Part shown: in pieces, positions 1 to 8,360 of the stretch
Layout: each line of letters starts with the position of its first letter
How positions within the stretch are numbered: the first letter of the stretch is position 1
Virus record (IMG/VR): IMGVR_UViG_3300012665_000405
Span: 1-32,762 of that record
DNA from: a virus
Lineage: Duplodnaviria; Caudoviricetes
Reading direction: 5' to 3' (one strand)
DNA length: 32,762 bases
The notes under the pieces: model-generated
The model's database searches: none
Seen by the model: the letters and a program-made list of their open reading frames with translations, nothing else
What the model was told of the DNA's origin: nothing
Position numbers and translations under genes: made by a program

Positions 1-2
1 TT

Positions 3-146
3 TGGTGGTTATATTTCTTTACTCTAGCAACAAGCCTAACACTTATTTGGGCAAGCGAAAAGAAACTACTTCCAACACTTGTAGGATTTAATACTATATG
101 GGTATGGATTAGCTGTATGGTACTAGCACAACACTTAATCAAATGA
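3..146 (+). CDS. 5'-truncated small membrane protein
   Basis: Open frame WWLYFFTLATSLTLIWASEKKLLPTLVGFNTIWVWISCMVLAQHLIK*, two hydrophobic stretches; TGA overlaps the next ATG (ATGA 143-146). Confidence 0.7.
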   Translation, partial: WWLYFFTLATSLTLIWASEKKLLPTLVGFNTIWVWISCMVLAQHLIK

Positions 147-334
147 TTACAAGCGAAACTACATGGGCTGACGAGTATGCAGATGAACTTCTGCGTAGTT
201 ATATTCGTGCAGAATATAAAAAACGCTATATGCCCGAAACAACTCCTTTAACACATCCGCAAATCTATGATCCGTGCGATCCTCCTCAGGGTTGGCGGTA
301 CGATCCGTATTATGAAATATGGATCAAACAATAG
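143..334 (+). CDS. hypothetical phage protein
   Basis: 63-aa ORF coupled to the upstream gene, ends just before a promoter. Confidence 0.65.
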   Translation: MITSETTWADEYADELLRSYIRAEYKKRYMPETTPLTHPQIYDPCDPPQGWRYDPYYEIWIKQ

Positions 335-363
335 TTGACATCCCACCAAAAGTGTTATATAAT
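335..363 (+). promoter_or_regulatory. sigma70-type early promoter
   Basis: TTGACA 335-340, 17-nt spacer, TATAAT 358-363; AAGGA RBS before ATG 384. Confidence 0.9.
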
Positions 364-383
364 TGTTCTAATAAGGAAACAAA

Positions 384-1223
384 ATGAGATCGCATTACTG
401 GACTATCGGAAAATTTGCAGATTGGCTTCGAGGCACGCCTAAGCTCAAGTGCGGCACCAGCGAAGAATGGCACGACTGGGAAGACAAAGCCAAAGCCGCA
501 CATCCTATTCGCTGGTGGATTGCTGAAGAGGGACTCGACTACTTGCAAAAATTTGTTTACTATATTCCGGATAAACTTCATGATCTCAAATATTACATTA
601 ACAATCGTTGGGTTAGTCGCACTCATAGTCTTACTGCACACCCTAGAGACATCAAGCCTGGGCAATGGCAAGATGTCGGCAATCGTTTCCTTCCTTGTCT
701 TTTCAACGAGCTTGTGGACTTTGTTGAAATAGAGCAAGCATGGAGTCACATTGCTTGGGGTAGCGAAGAAGATAAAGCAAAGTACAACGCACCATTCTGG
801 GCAAGTGGTTGGTTCCGCTGGCGTGTATGGCGTTGTCCACAAGCAGGATTAGATCATCTTGATTGGGCTATGACACTGATTATGGATGAACACATGGCCG
901 TTGAAAAAGACAACCCCAACTACGGCAAGCCTACAGGACAAGCAGAACGTGCTCGAGAGATTAAAGAGCTTTATACTTGGTGGACTGTCACTTATCGCAA
1001 CCGGCCAGATCCATACGAAGCAAGTGGATGGACTGCTGCTTGCGAAGCACAGCGTGAAGCTAATGGTGGTAAGTTAAGTTGGAGTACTCCGAAAGATCCT
1101 GTACTTAAAAAAGCACAAAATAAGGCTCACAAGCTACTTCAAAAGATTGAAGCTGACTATGAGAAGGAGGACGAAGCAATGATGATTCGATTGATTAAGG
1201 CTCGTGACTCACTATGGACTTAA
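384..1223 (+). CDS. Trp-rich hypothetical phage protein
   Basis: 279-aa ORF with promoter and RBS; no recognisable motif. Confidence 0.85.
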   Translation: MRSHYWTIGKFADWLRGTPKLKCGTSEEWHDWEDKAKAAHPIRWWIAEEGLDYLQKFVYYIPDKLHDLKYYINNRWVSRTHSLTAHPRDIKPGQWQDVGNRFLPCLFNELVDFVEIEQAWSHIAWGSEEDKAKYNAPFWASGWFRWRVWRCPQAGLDHLDWAMTLIMDEHMAVEKDNPNYGKPTGQAERAREIKELYTWWTVTYRNRPDPYEASGWTAACEAQREANGGKLSWSTPKDPVLKKAQNKAHKLLQKIEADYEKEDEAMMIRLIKARDSLWT

Positions 1224-1387
1224 AAGATTCAAAATTCCGTTCTTGGGTTAGGAACCTTTGGTTTGACAACTGCGAAGAGCGATTGACATACGGACAAGAT
1301 CCTGCTACAATTAAACAGTATTGGGACACTTATAAGTATTGGCTGAAACGCGAATACAAACATCAGCGAGACAAAGATGAGCATTGA
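1214..1387 (+). CDS. small hypothetical protein (57 aa, not in ORF track)
   Basis: MDLKDSKFRSWVRNLWFDNCEERLTYGQDPATIKQYWDTYKYWLKREYKHQRDKDEH*; fills the gap and overlaps both neighbours. Confidence 0.65.
   Translation: MDLKDSKFRSWVRNLWFDNCEERLTYGQDPATIKQYWDTYKYWLKREYKHQRDKDEH
1283..1311 (+). promoter_or_regulatory. sigma70-type promoter inside the 57-aa ORF
   Basis: TTGACA 1283-1288, 17-nt spacer, TGc-TACAAT 1306-1311. Confidence 0.6.
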
Positions 1388-1616
1388 TTCAGAAGATACT
1401 GTTAATGAACTCTATCAAGAGTATTGGGCTATTCACGCCAAGATGATCGATAAAGATCATAACCCACTAGAAATTGCCGCTATCCTAATGGCACAATCTC
1501 TAAGTATGTACAAGACTATATTAGATATAGACGAGTACTATGCAATTATTGACAACATGGTTGAGCTTCGAGATAAAGTTCAACCATTGGACGAACATGA
1601 TCAACACTACCACTGA
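1377..1616 (+). CDS. hypothetical acidic protein
   Basis: 79-aa ORF in a tightly packed operon. Confidence 0.7.
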   Translation: MSIDSEDTVNELYQEYWAIHAKMIDKDHNPLEIAAILMAQSLSMYKTILDIDEYYAIIDNMVELRDKVQPLDEHDQHYH

Positions 1617-1620
1617 TACT

Positions 1621-2004
1621 ATGAAAGCACAAATTCCAGCTAATGGCATACTTAAACGCAGCAGCTGGGGCGACGCAATGTCTTATCAAATTGTTTGCGA
1701 ATGTCATCAGCCTGATCACGATCATAATGTTTGGATTGAAGCGGACGAAACCGGTGTTACTGTTACAACTTACACAACACAAAAGTCTAAATGGTGGAGT
1801 TTAAATCGTTGGCAGACTATTTGGATCTTATTGACCAAAGGCTACGTTGAATATGAAGCTAACATTATAATGAATAGACAACAGGCACTAAACTATTCCG
1901 AAACTTTAAAGACTGCAATTAAAGATGTCGAAAAATTTCGTAGCAAAACTAATCCAGAAACAAAAGCAGCAAGCAACCTAGCTAAAGAAGGAGATTGTGT
2001 ATGA
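1621..2004 (+). CDS. hypothetical protein
   Basis: Start likely 1621 (or 1597) rather than 1540; CECHQPDHDH possible metal-binding motif. Confidence 0.7.
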   Translation: MKAQIPANGILKRSSWGDAMSYQIVCECHQPDHDHNVWIEADETGVTVTTYTTQKSKWWSLNRWQTIWILLTKGYVEYEANIIMNRQQALNYSETLKTAIKDVEKFRSKTNPETKAASNLAKEGDCV

Positions 2005-3287
2005 CAACAACTAACCCCAAAGCCTCATGGCCTTTTGCACCAAGCGATGCGCCTGTGCCAACTGCTGAAGAATTGGCGGCGCAGAACCTAGCTGAACAAC
2101 AGAAACTTATCGAAGTTCTTAAGTTTACACCGCGAACATACAAAGTTTCAATGTGGGGCTATGGTGGTGAGAGAGTCATGGGCACTGTAGACAAAAAGAT
2201 TTGGGACTACTGTAATGCTAACCAAGTCGACTTATCTGAGATTGCTTGGGGTGATGAAGATACTGTTGAAGAGATGGGTCTCGATTTAGACATGTTACCT
2301 TTTCCTCCAGGTAGCTGGTACGAGTGTGATGACATGGGGCATATTAGCGGCGTAAGTCGTGATGCAGGTACACTTCAAATTGAAGATGAAAACGGTAACA
2401 CAATCTTTGAAAAGTCATTAGACGATATCACAGGATACGAAGATAGCGACGGAAATCCAGAACCAGATTGGTGCTGCGATGACGAAGTATGGGTTGGTTC
2501 AAAGCCTAAGGGTACTGCGGTTTTTGTTGGTGTTTCAAATGAAAAGGGTACATTCTTTGAAGGTGAAATTGAACTTCGAGCACCATTTGATATCACTAAG
2601 TTAGAATTGCATTACGATGAGTTTGACGGTGAAGAGATTGTTACTAGCATAGTCTATGATGGTGAAGATGTTGACAACTGGGGCGGTAGTACTGACGGTA
2701 AGAGTTCCGATATGAACATGGTATTAGTTACTGATGACAGCGGAAGTTTTGAACGCTATGCACCCGAAGATAAAGATTGGGGACATCCTCCAAGTGGTCC
2801 AAGTCCCGATGCTTGGGAAGCAAGTCCTAAGTTTAAATTTGCAAAAGTTAAACCCACAGTAGAAGGTTGGTATAGTGCTGTATGGCGCAACTTTGGTACC
2901 ACTTACGGAACACTGTATTGGAATGGCACAGAGTTTGGCGAATGGGAACACGGACAGTTTAAACCGCAATCAGGCGTTGAAACTTGGTCCGGATATAATT
3001 GGGACACAAGCTCGTGGGTTAATCAGCCGCCTGAGCCTGTAGATGTTATCTGTGATAATAAAAAGTGTGGTTGGGTAGGTAAAGGATCAGATCGAGTAAC
3101 TGATGACGACTACAACGACCACTGTCCGGAATGCAAAGGCACAGAGTTTAGTTGGATTGATTACGATCCCGATACTAAAGAAGGTCGTGCTAATCGTAAA
3201 AAGTATTGTAAAGAGTGGGATCCGGCAGTGTCAATGGATCGAATCGTCAAGGCGTTTCCTGCAAAAGAATTAGATAAAGAAGTATGA
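2001..3287 (+). CDS. acidic hypothetical protein with C-terminal zinc-ribbon-like motif
   Basis: AAGGAG 1988-1993 and ATGA overlap at 2001; CDNKKC...CPEC near the C-terminus. Confidence 0.8.
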   Translation: MTTTNPKASWPFAPSDAPVPTAEELAAQNLAEQQKLIEVLKFTPRTYKVSMWGYGGERVMGTVDKKIWDYCNANQVDLSEIAWGDEDTVEEMGLDLDMLPFPPGSWYECDDMGHISGVSRDAGTLQIEDENGNTIFEKSLDDITGYEDSDGNPEPDWCCDDEVWVGSKPKGTAVFVGVSNEKGTFFEGEIELRAPFDITKLELHYDEFDGEEIVTSIVYDGEDVDNWGGSTDGKSSDMNMVLVTDDSGSFERYAPEDKDWGHPPSGPSPDAWEASPKFKFAKVKPTVEGWYSAVWRNFGTTYGTLYWNGTEFGEWEHGQFKPQSGVETWSGYNWDTSSWVNQPPEPVDVICDNKKCGWVGKGSDRVTDDDYNDHCPECKGTEFSWIDYDPDTKEGRANRKKYCKEWDPAVSMDRIVKAFPAKELDKEV

Positions 3288-3823
3288 CCAAAATTAGTAA
3301 GAGTCCTGAACGACATACTTTCCAAAAGGAAGGATATGTCAATCGACAGATTGAAAAAGACGAACCTATCAACGAAGCCTATCTTGGCTGGTTTGATCAA
3401 ATTCTCGAAGAACATAAGAACAAGTTCAGTGATCCTGCATCTCGAGAAAACAATCTAGAATATGATTTGCTAACTACGGATTGGATTCTAGAAAAAGTTC
3501 GTGCTAATGAGATTTATGCCCAAAATCTTTATGCGGCCATGTGTAACCGTGATTTCCAAAAACTAGATGTGTTACCTATTCTAAAAGATCAAACTTGGTG
3601 TGCGTCGTGGCGCTATGCTGGAGGTATCATTGCAGACATGCGTGAACAAGGTGATTATGTAGATTGGTACTGTAGTGGCATTGGTAGTGAAACAACCGGG
3701 TACGGTCTAACAGGAGCAGAGGGCACCGGATATGTTCCAGAGAGTGTAGTCACTGAAGAAATCGAAAACGACTTAAAAAAGCTCGGTTGGCTTGTATTAG
3801 ATGTAGATTTGGATAACTATTAA
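3284..3823 (+). CDS. hypothetical phage protein
   Basis: 179-aa ORF, ATGA overlap with the upstream gene. Confidence 0.8.
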   Translation: MTKISKSPERHTFQKEGYVNRQIEKDEPINEAYLGWFDQILEEHKNKFSDPASRENNLEYDLLTTDWILEKVRANEIYAQNLYAAMCNRDFQKLDVLPILKDQTWCASWRYAGGIIADMREQGDYVDWYCSGIGSETTGYGLTGAEGTGYVPESVVTEEIENDLKKLGWLVLDVDLDNY

Positions 3824-3846
3824 TTTTAGGAGATAATAATTTAAAA

Positions 3847-4041
3847 ATGAACTTCGAACTATATGAAGTTTGGACCGAAGACACCGACGGTCATCAAGAA
3901 CTGCAAGAAACAACAGCAAGTAGAAAACAAGCATTTGAGCTTGCGGAATCGTTACTAGGACAAGGCTACTTGTTTGCAACAGTATATCAAGAAACAGAAG
4001 ACGGCGATTCCAAAGCAATCCAACGTTTTGAACATGGTTGA
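3847..4041 (+). CDS. small hypothetical protein
   Basis: 64-aa ORF with upstream AGGAG. Confidence 0.7.
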   Translation: MNFELYEVWTEDTDGHQELQETTASRKQAFELAESLLGQGYLFATVYQETEDGDSKAIQRFEHG

Positions 4042-4066
4042 CATTATTCCTACACGGTGTTATAAT
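4038..4066 (+). promoter_or_regulatory. sigma70-type early promoter
   Basis: TTGACA 4038-4043, 17-nt spacer, TATAAT 4061-4066; AGGAG RBS before 4099. Confidence 0.9.
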
Positions 4067-4098
4067 ATACATATTGTTAAACGATACTAGGAGCAAAC

Positions 4099-5277
4099 AT
4101 GGTAACAAAAGCAAAACATTTGGCAGCAGCTCGTGCAAAGATTGGTAAGGATCTCAGTCCAACATGGAACAATGTTGACGAGTTAACTACTGATCAATAC
4201 GCTAAACACTTTCGTGTTAGTATGCAATGGTATCGTTTAGAGTCAAGCGGTAAAGAACTCAAGCCTAAAGTTATCAATTGGATGAGTGCTAACGGTTATA
4301 ACAAAGCAGACATTGCCGCATTTAAAAAATCCAAAGACAGCCGTTGTTCGCCTACTATGGGTGCTATTGCTGCCTGTTTGATTAAAGGCATGCCAGAGCA
4401 ACGTGCAGACTGGAATGACGGCCGCTCTACAAAAGAATGGCTTGATACTGCTATTCGAACAGTACTTGACGAAAGTAAGTATGATATCGACGAAGAAGCG
4501 GTTGCAGAAGCTGCTGAAGCAAACAAGCCTAATGTTTATATTCCAAGCATTCAAGAACGACTGCGTGATGCGGCAATTGGCATGACTGCCGAAATTGAAG
4601 ATGCTATTGAACTGTTTCAGGCAGATCCGGAAACGTTTGATCCAAAGTCATTTAAAATGCTTAACTTGCTAAAAGCTAAAGGTGCAAAGGCAGCACATAC
4701 TCGTATTATCAAGAACTTTTATGCAAGCAACTTAGACGAACTAATCGAAGCTGCTACTACCAAAGACGAACAACTTAAAGAAGCCTACAGTCATTTGAGC
4801 AAGGCACAGTTGAAGAAGATTACAGCATTCTATCAAGAAATTATCAGTGCCTGTGATATGCTCGGACAAGAAGCCAAAGTTAATCGTAAGCCACGTGCTA
4901 AAAAAGTAGTGCCAGCAGACAAACTTGTTGCTAAACTCAAATATATGAAAACTAACGAACCGTTGAAACTTGTTAGTATTAATCCTGCCGATATTATCGG
5001 CGCTAAAGAACTTTGGATCTATAATAGCAAATCACGTAAGTTGGGCCGATATATTGCAGACGAATACAAAGAGCTCAGCATTAAAGGTACAACAATTACA
5101 GGATTCAGTGAATCAGCTTCTGTACAGAAAACTATCCGTAAGCCTGAGGAAAAGCTCAAAGAGTTTAAGGCTGCTGGTAAGGTGCAGTTGCGTAAGTTCT
5201 TAGAAGATATCAATGCTACTGATACTCGAATGAACGGACGTATTAACGAAGATACTGTATTGCTCAAAGTATTGTAA
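4099..5277 (+). CDS. Lys/Ala-rich hypothetical phage protein
   Basis: 392-aa ORF with own consensus promoter and RBS. Confidence 0.9.
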   Translation: MVTKAKHLAAARAKIGKDLSPTWNNVDELTTDQYAKHFRVSMQWYRLESSGKELKPKVINWMSANGYNKADIAAFKKSKDSRCSPTMGAIAACLIKGMPEQRADWNDGRSTKEWLDTAIRTVLDESKYDIDEEAVAEAAEANKPNVYIPSIQERLRDAAIGMTAEIEDAIELFQADPETFDPKSFKMLNLLKAKGAKAAHTRIIKNFYASNLDELIEAATTKDEQLKEAYSHLSKAQLKKITAFYQEIISACDMLGQEAKVNRKPRAKKVVPADKLVAKLKYMKTNEPLKLVSINPADIIGAKELWIYNSKSRKLGRYIADEYKELSIKGTTITGFSESASVQKTIRKPEEKLKEFKAAGKVQLRKFLEDINATDTRMNGRINEDTVLLKVL

Positions 5278-5282
5278 CAAGT

Positions 5283-5327
5283 GTTAGGGGTGTAATAAAT
5301 ATATTCATGAACAATGAAACCCCTGAC
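5283..5327 (+). promoter_or_regulatory. late promoter (TAAATA 5296-5301) enclosed in a start-codon-sequestering hairpin
   Basis: GTTAGGGGT 5283-5291 pairs with ACCCCTGAC 5319-5327; inner TTCAT 5304-5308 pairs with ATGAA 5314-5318. Confidence 0.65.
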
Positions 5328-6188
5328 CCAATTGATGTAATATCAAAAGCCCTTCGTGAAATAGCAGAAACTAGGGTAACATCTCAGGATGTTACCTTTT
5401 CTGACTTGCGATTTTTAGAATTTAAAGCTCAGAAAAAAGAAAACAATTACGGTAAAGGAATGATCTTTAGCGGTCAAGGATATACTAAAAAATTAGTTTT
5501 CAATCCAGGACCAGATCAATTCTTCAGCTCAGAACATATTAATCTCGACAACGATCGAGGATATTTTATAGGCAACACTAAAGTTCTGGACAGTAAAGAA
5601 TTAGGTCCAGAAATTACCAAAAGCAATTTAAAAGAAGTTGGGAGATTAAAGGGACTGCTCGTAGATGGGTCAGTGACTATCAACGAATACATGTTTTATA
5701 ACAGTGCTTGTGATCGATTAGGGTTAGGAACTGAAGAACCAAATGCTGCCTTTAGTGTAGCAGAAAATGCCATTGAAGTTATGCTAGGAACCACAGAGAG
5801 CTTGCATGGTATGGTAGGCACTTTTGCTAGTACTGATTTTGATATTGTCACAGATAACACAACTAGAATCTCTGTTAAGGCTAATGGAAATATTGATCTA
5901 GGTAACGTTAATCGTAATCCTATCCAAGTTAAAATTAATGGAAAGTTAAGCATCGGGGTCGGAGTGCCGGATCCTGCTGTAGATTTGCATGTTGCTGGCG
6001 CAGTACGAATTAATAATCATATACAAATGTATGCCGTTGAACCTCCTAAAGAAGGAAATTATACAGTAGGTGACATTGTATGGAATGCTGCTCCGAGAGC
6101 AGGAATTGGCGTTGGTTGGGTATGTATCAAAGCAGGCAATCCCGGCCAATGGAATTCGTTTGGAGATATTAAAGAACGAGGAAACTAA
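5307..6188 (+). CDS. putative virion/tail-associated protein
   Basis: Tail-fibre-like segments (RLGLGTEEPNA, KLSIGVGVPDPAVDLHVAG; C-terminal GDIVWN..P..GWVCIKAGNPGQW); TAAATA promoter. Confidence 0.6.
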   Translation: MNNETPDPIDVISKALREIAETRVTSQDVTFSDLRFLEFKAQKKENNYGKGMIFSGQGYTKKLVFNPGPDQFFSSEHINLDNDRGYFIGNTKVLDSKELGPEITKSNLKEVGRLKGLLVDGSVTINEYMFYNSACDRLGLGTEEPNAAFSVAENAIEVMLGTTESLHGMVGTFASTDFDIVTDNTTRISVKANGNIDLGNVNRNPIQVKINGKLSIGVGVPDPAVDLHVAGAVRINNHIQMYAVEPPKEGNYTVGDIVWNAAPRAGIGVGWVCIKAGNPGQWNSFGDIKERGN

Positions 6189-6802
6189 TGAATCATACGG
6201 CCGTGGTTATAGGCAATGGTGAAAGTAGAAAGGGCCTTGATCTTACTCGTATTAATAAATTGCATACTGTTATAGGCTGCAATGCCATACACCGAGATTT
6301 AGAAGTTGACCATCTTATATGCGTAGATAAAAAGATGGCCGATGAAGCATTAAATAATTCTTTTATAAAAAATACTAAAATTTATACTAGAGCTAGATGG
6401 GCTAGAGAAGGATTGCTTATTGTTCCTAAATTGCCTTACTCTGGGTCTTCGAGACCCGATCAAGAAGAACACTGGGGTAGTGGACCGTATGCATTACTAC
6501 TGGCGTGTAATTTAAAATTCAATGAAATTACATTAATCGGTTTTGATTTGTATGGATGCGGAGATCGAGTTAATAACATCTATAAAAATTCAATTAACTA
6601 CAAAGAAAATTTATCTCCTGCCGTAGACTATTCGTATTGGGTTTATCAGATAGCTCAAATCTTTGAATACTTTCCAAATATAAAATTTAAGGTGTTAAAT
6701 TCCGAAGGATGGAATATGCCTAACGAATGGAAAAAACAAAATGTATCTTTTGAATTATTTTCTGACGATTGGCACTTGACATTAAATAAAGATGCTGTAT
6801 AA
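6188..6802 (+). CDS. Maf/DUF115 (MptE/sialyltransferase-fold)-like protein
   Basis: Motif order VIGNGESR..IGCNA..DHLICVD..SGPYAL..ITLIGFD. Confidence 0.6.
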   Translation: MNHTAVVIGNGESRKGLDLTRINKLHTVIGCNAIHRDLEVDHLICVDKKMADEALNNSFIKNTKIYTRARWAREGLLIVPKLPYSGSSRPDQEEHWGSGPYALLLACNLKFNEITLIGFDLYGCGDRVNNIYKNSINYKENLSPAVDYSYWVYQIAQIFEYFPNIKFKVLNSEGWNMPNEWKKQNVSFELFSDDWHLTLNKDAV

Positions 6803-6803
6803 T
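6776..6803 (+). promoter_or_regulatory. sigma70-type promoter for the queD leader
   Basis: TTGACA 6776-6781, 16-nt spacer, TATAAT 6798-6803. Confidence 0.75.
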
Positions 6804-6828
6804 TAATTATAAAGCAACACACACACCA

Positions 6829-6911
6829 AGAGGACTCTATGGCATCATCCCTCTATAAACACTCTGCAGTCATCAAACTTGCTACCTATATAAAGGAGAC
6901 TAGAGATGGCA
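6829..6911 (+). ncRNA. candidate preQ1 class I-like riboswitch variant in the queD 5' leader
   Basis: P1 AGAGG 6829-6833 / CCTCT 6850-6854, loop ending CATC, A-rich tail ATAAACACT; downstream pairings cover SD and start codon. Confidence 0.55.
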
Positions 6912-7430
6912 AAATATCTTTCAACAAAAACATACGGTAACGACCGCGGACTTTCATGCTGTTTTAGACAGTGGAGAAGTACTCATTCACATTGCTCGTT
7001 GCTACACGGATACTCAATCGGTATCAAACTAATTTTTGAATCAGAAACACTTGACGACCGCAACTGGGTTATGGACTTTGGTGGGCTTAAAGCATTTAAA
7101 GAGTGGAGCGAGTGGCAGTTCGACCACACCACTGTAATGGGCAGTGATGATCCACATCTACCAAAGTTTAAAGAACTAGCCAAGTTAGGAAAACAAGCAG
7201 AAGGCGGTGTACTGGATCTACGTATTGTAGAAGCAGTTGGTTGCGAGAAGTTTGCTGAATTGGCTTACAAGACAATGAACGAAATCTTAGGTGCATATCA
7301 AGCAGGTATCAGCTGGATTCATCCAGACGGTCGACTTTTTGAAGCACGTTACCCAGTTGGTGCAGGTGTTAAACTTCGATCAGTTGAAGTATTCGAACAC
7401 GCTGGTAATTCGGCAACATACGAAGGCTAA
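6906..7430 (+). CDS. queD: QueD-like 6-pyruvoyl/6-carboxy-tetrahydropterin synthase family protein
   Basis: HCSLLHGYS, WVMDFGGLK, FDH, CEKFAE, SVEVFE motifs align with the PTPS/QueD family; AAGGAG RBS. Confidence 0.85.
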   Translation: MAKYLSTKTYGNDRGLSCCFRQWRSTHSHCSLLHGYSIGIKLIFESETLDDRNWVMDFGGLKAFKEWSEWQFDHTTVMGSDDPHLPKFKELAKLGKQAEGGVLDLRIVEAVGCEKFAELAYKTMNEILGAYQAGISWIHPDGRLFEARYPVGAGVKLRSVEVFEHAGNSATYEG

Positions 7431-7621
7431 TGCATAGTATTGAAAAAGTATGGGCTCGGGCAACTGGGCACCTTATGGGGACTACGGACACTGATCGTCC
7501 GGATGTTCCCATCCTTACATTAAAAGAAGCCCGTTGGGCTTTATTCTTTAAAACGTTTTGGGTTATTATTCACGTTATAACCTGCTGTTTTATTATTGCC
7601 AACACTATTAGACATTGGTAA
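7430..7621 (+). CDS. small membrane protein
   Basis: 63 aa, C-terminal hydrophobic helix, TAATG-coupled to queD. Confidence 0.75.
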   Translation: MHSIEKVWARATGHLMGTTDTDRPDVPILTLKEARWALFFKTFWVIIHVITCCFIIANTIRHW

Positions 7622-7624
7622 ATA
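7619..7624 (+). promoter_or_regulatory. T4-like late promoter core TAAATA
   Basis: TAAATA, 4 nt, then ATG of mini-ORF MKFFII* (7629-7649) abutting ATG 7650. Confidence 0.6.
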
Positions 7625-7649
7625 TTTCATGAAATTTTTTATTATATAA

Positions 7650-8342
7650 ATGATACAAGTATTGTGTGTTCGTTATGGTACTAAGTACGGGCGAGAGTAC
7701 GTTGAAAGACTTAGGAATATGGTCTCTAGACATTTAACAGTTCCTTATGAATTTTATTGCCTAACAGATGATCAGCATCCTATCGAAGGTGTTAAACTAT
7801 TATACGTTGCCAACAAAGGGTACATTAAACAATGGTGGCACAAAGTACATATGTTTGATCCTAATCTAGGATTGAGTGGGCGGATCTTATACTTAGATCT
7901 CGATGTAGTTGTTCACGACAACATTAATAAACTTGTAGAAAATCAAGGTGACACGTTTCTTGGCATACGAGATTTTAATAGAAAGTTTGTTCCAAAATGG
8001 GATAAACTTAACAGCTCTGCACTTAGTTGGATAGCAGGAACACAATCCGATATCTTTACAATATTCACAAAACAATCAACTATGGCTCTTAAGCTTCACG
8101 GTGATCAAGATTGGATTTACCAGATTGCTAAGGCTCGGATAAAGTACTGGCCGGACGAGTGGATTCAAAGTTACAAGTGGGAAATACGTTCTCGAAACGA
8201 AATTGATTTTAGTCCAGGTAAAAAAACTTTTAAAAATGTTCTCGATCCTGTGATTCCTAAAGGTTGTTGTGTTGCAGTCTTTCACGGAGATCCAAATCCT
8301 GATAGAGTAGAGGATAAATTTGTAGTTGACAACTGGCGGTGA
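7650..8342 (+). CDS. GT-A fold (GT8-like) glycosyltransferase
   Basis: FYCLTDD, WWHKV, DxD motif LYLDLDVVV, NSS, GDQDWI, VFHGDPNP. Confidence 0.75.
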   Translation: MIQVLCVRYGTKYGREYVERLRNMVSRHLTVPYEFYCLTDDQHPIEGVKLLYVANKGYIKQWWHKVHMFDPNLGLSGRILYLDLDVVVHDNINKLVENQGDTFLGIRDFNRKFVPKWDKLNSSALSWIAGTQSDIFTIFTKQSTMALKLHGDQDWIYQIAKARIKYWPDEWIQSYKWEIRSRNEIDFSPGKKTFKNVLDPVIPKGCCVAVFHGDPNPDRVEDKFVVDNWR

Positions 8343-8354
8343 TCATGCTATAAT
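8326..8354 (+). promoter_or_regulatory. sigma70 promoter with extended -10, predicted leaderless transcript
   Basis: TTGACA 8326-8331, 17-nt spacer, TGc-TATAAT 8349-8354; ATG at 8361 only 6 nt downstream, no SD. Confidence 0.85.
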
Positions 8355-8360
8355 AGTAGC

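Noticed and set aside
324-842. 172-aa minus-strand ORF
   Set aside because: Opposes a promoter- and RBS-supported plus gene; no protein-like motif
6817-6826. (AC)5 run as a phase-variable microsatellite
   Set aside because: Short and downstream of the promoter; more likely an unstructured spacer before the candidate aptamer
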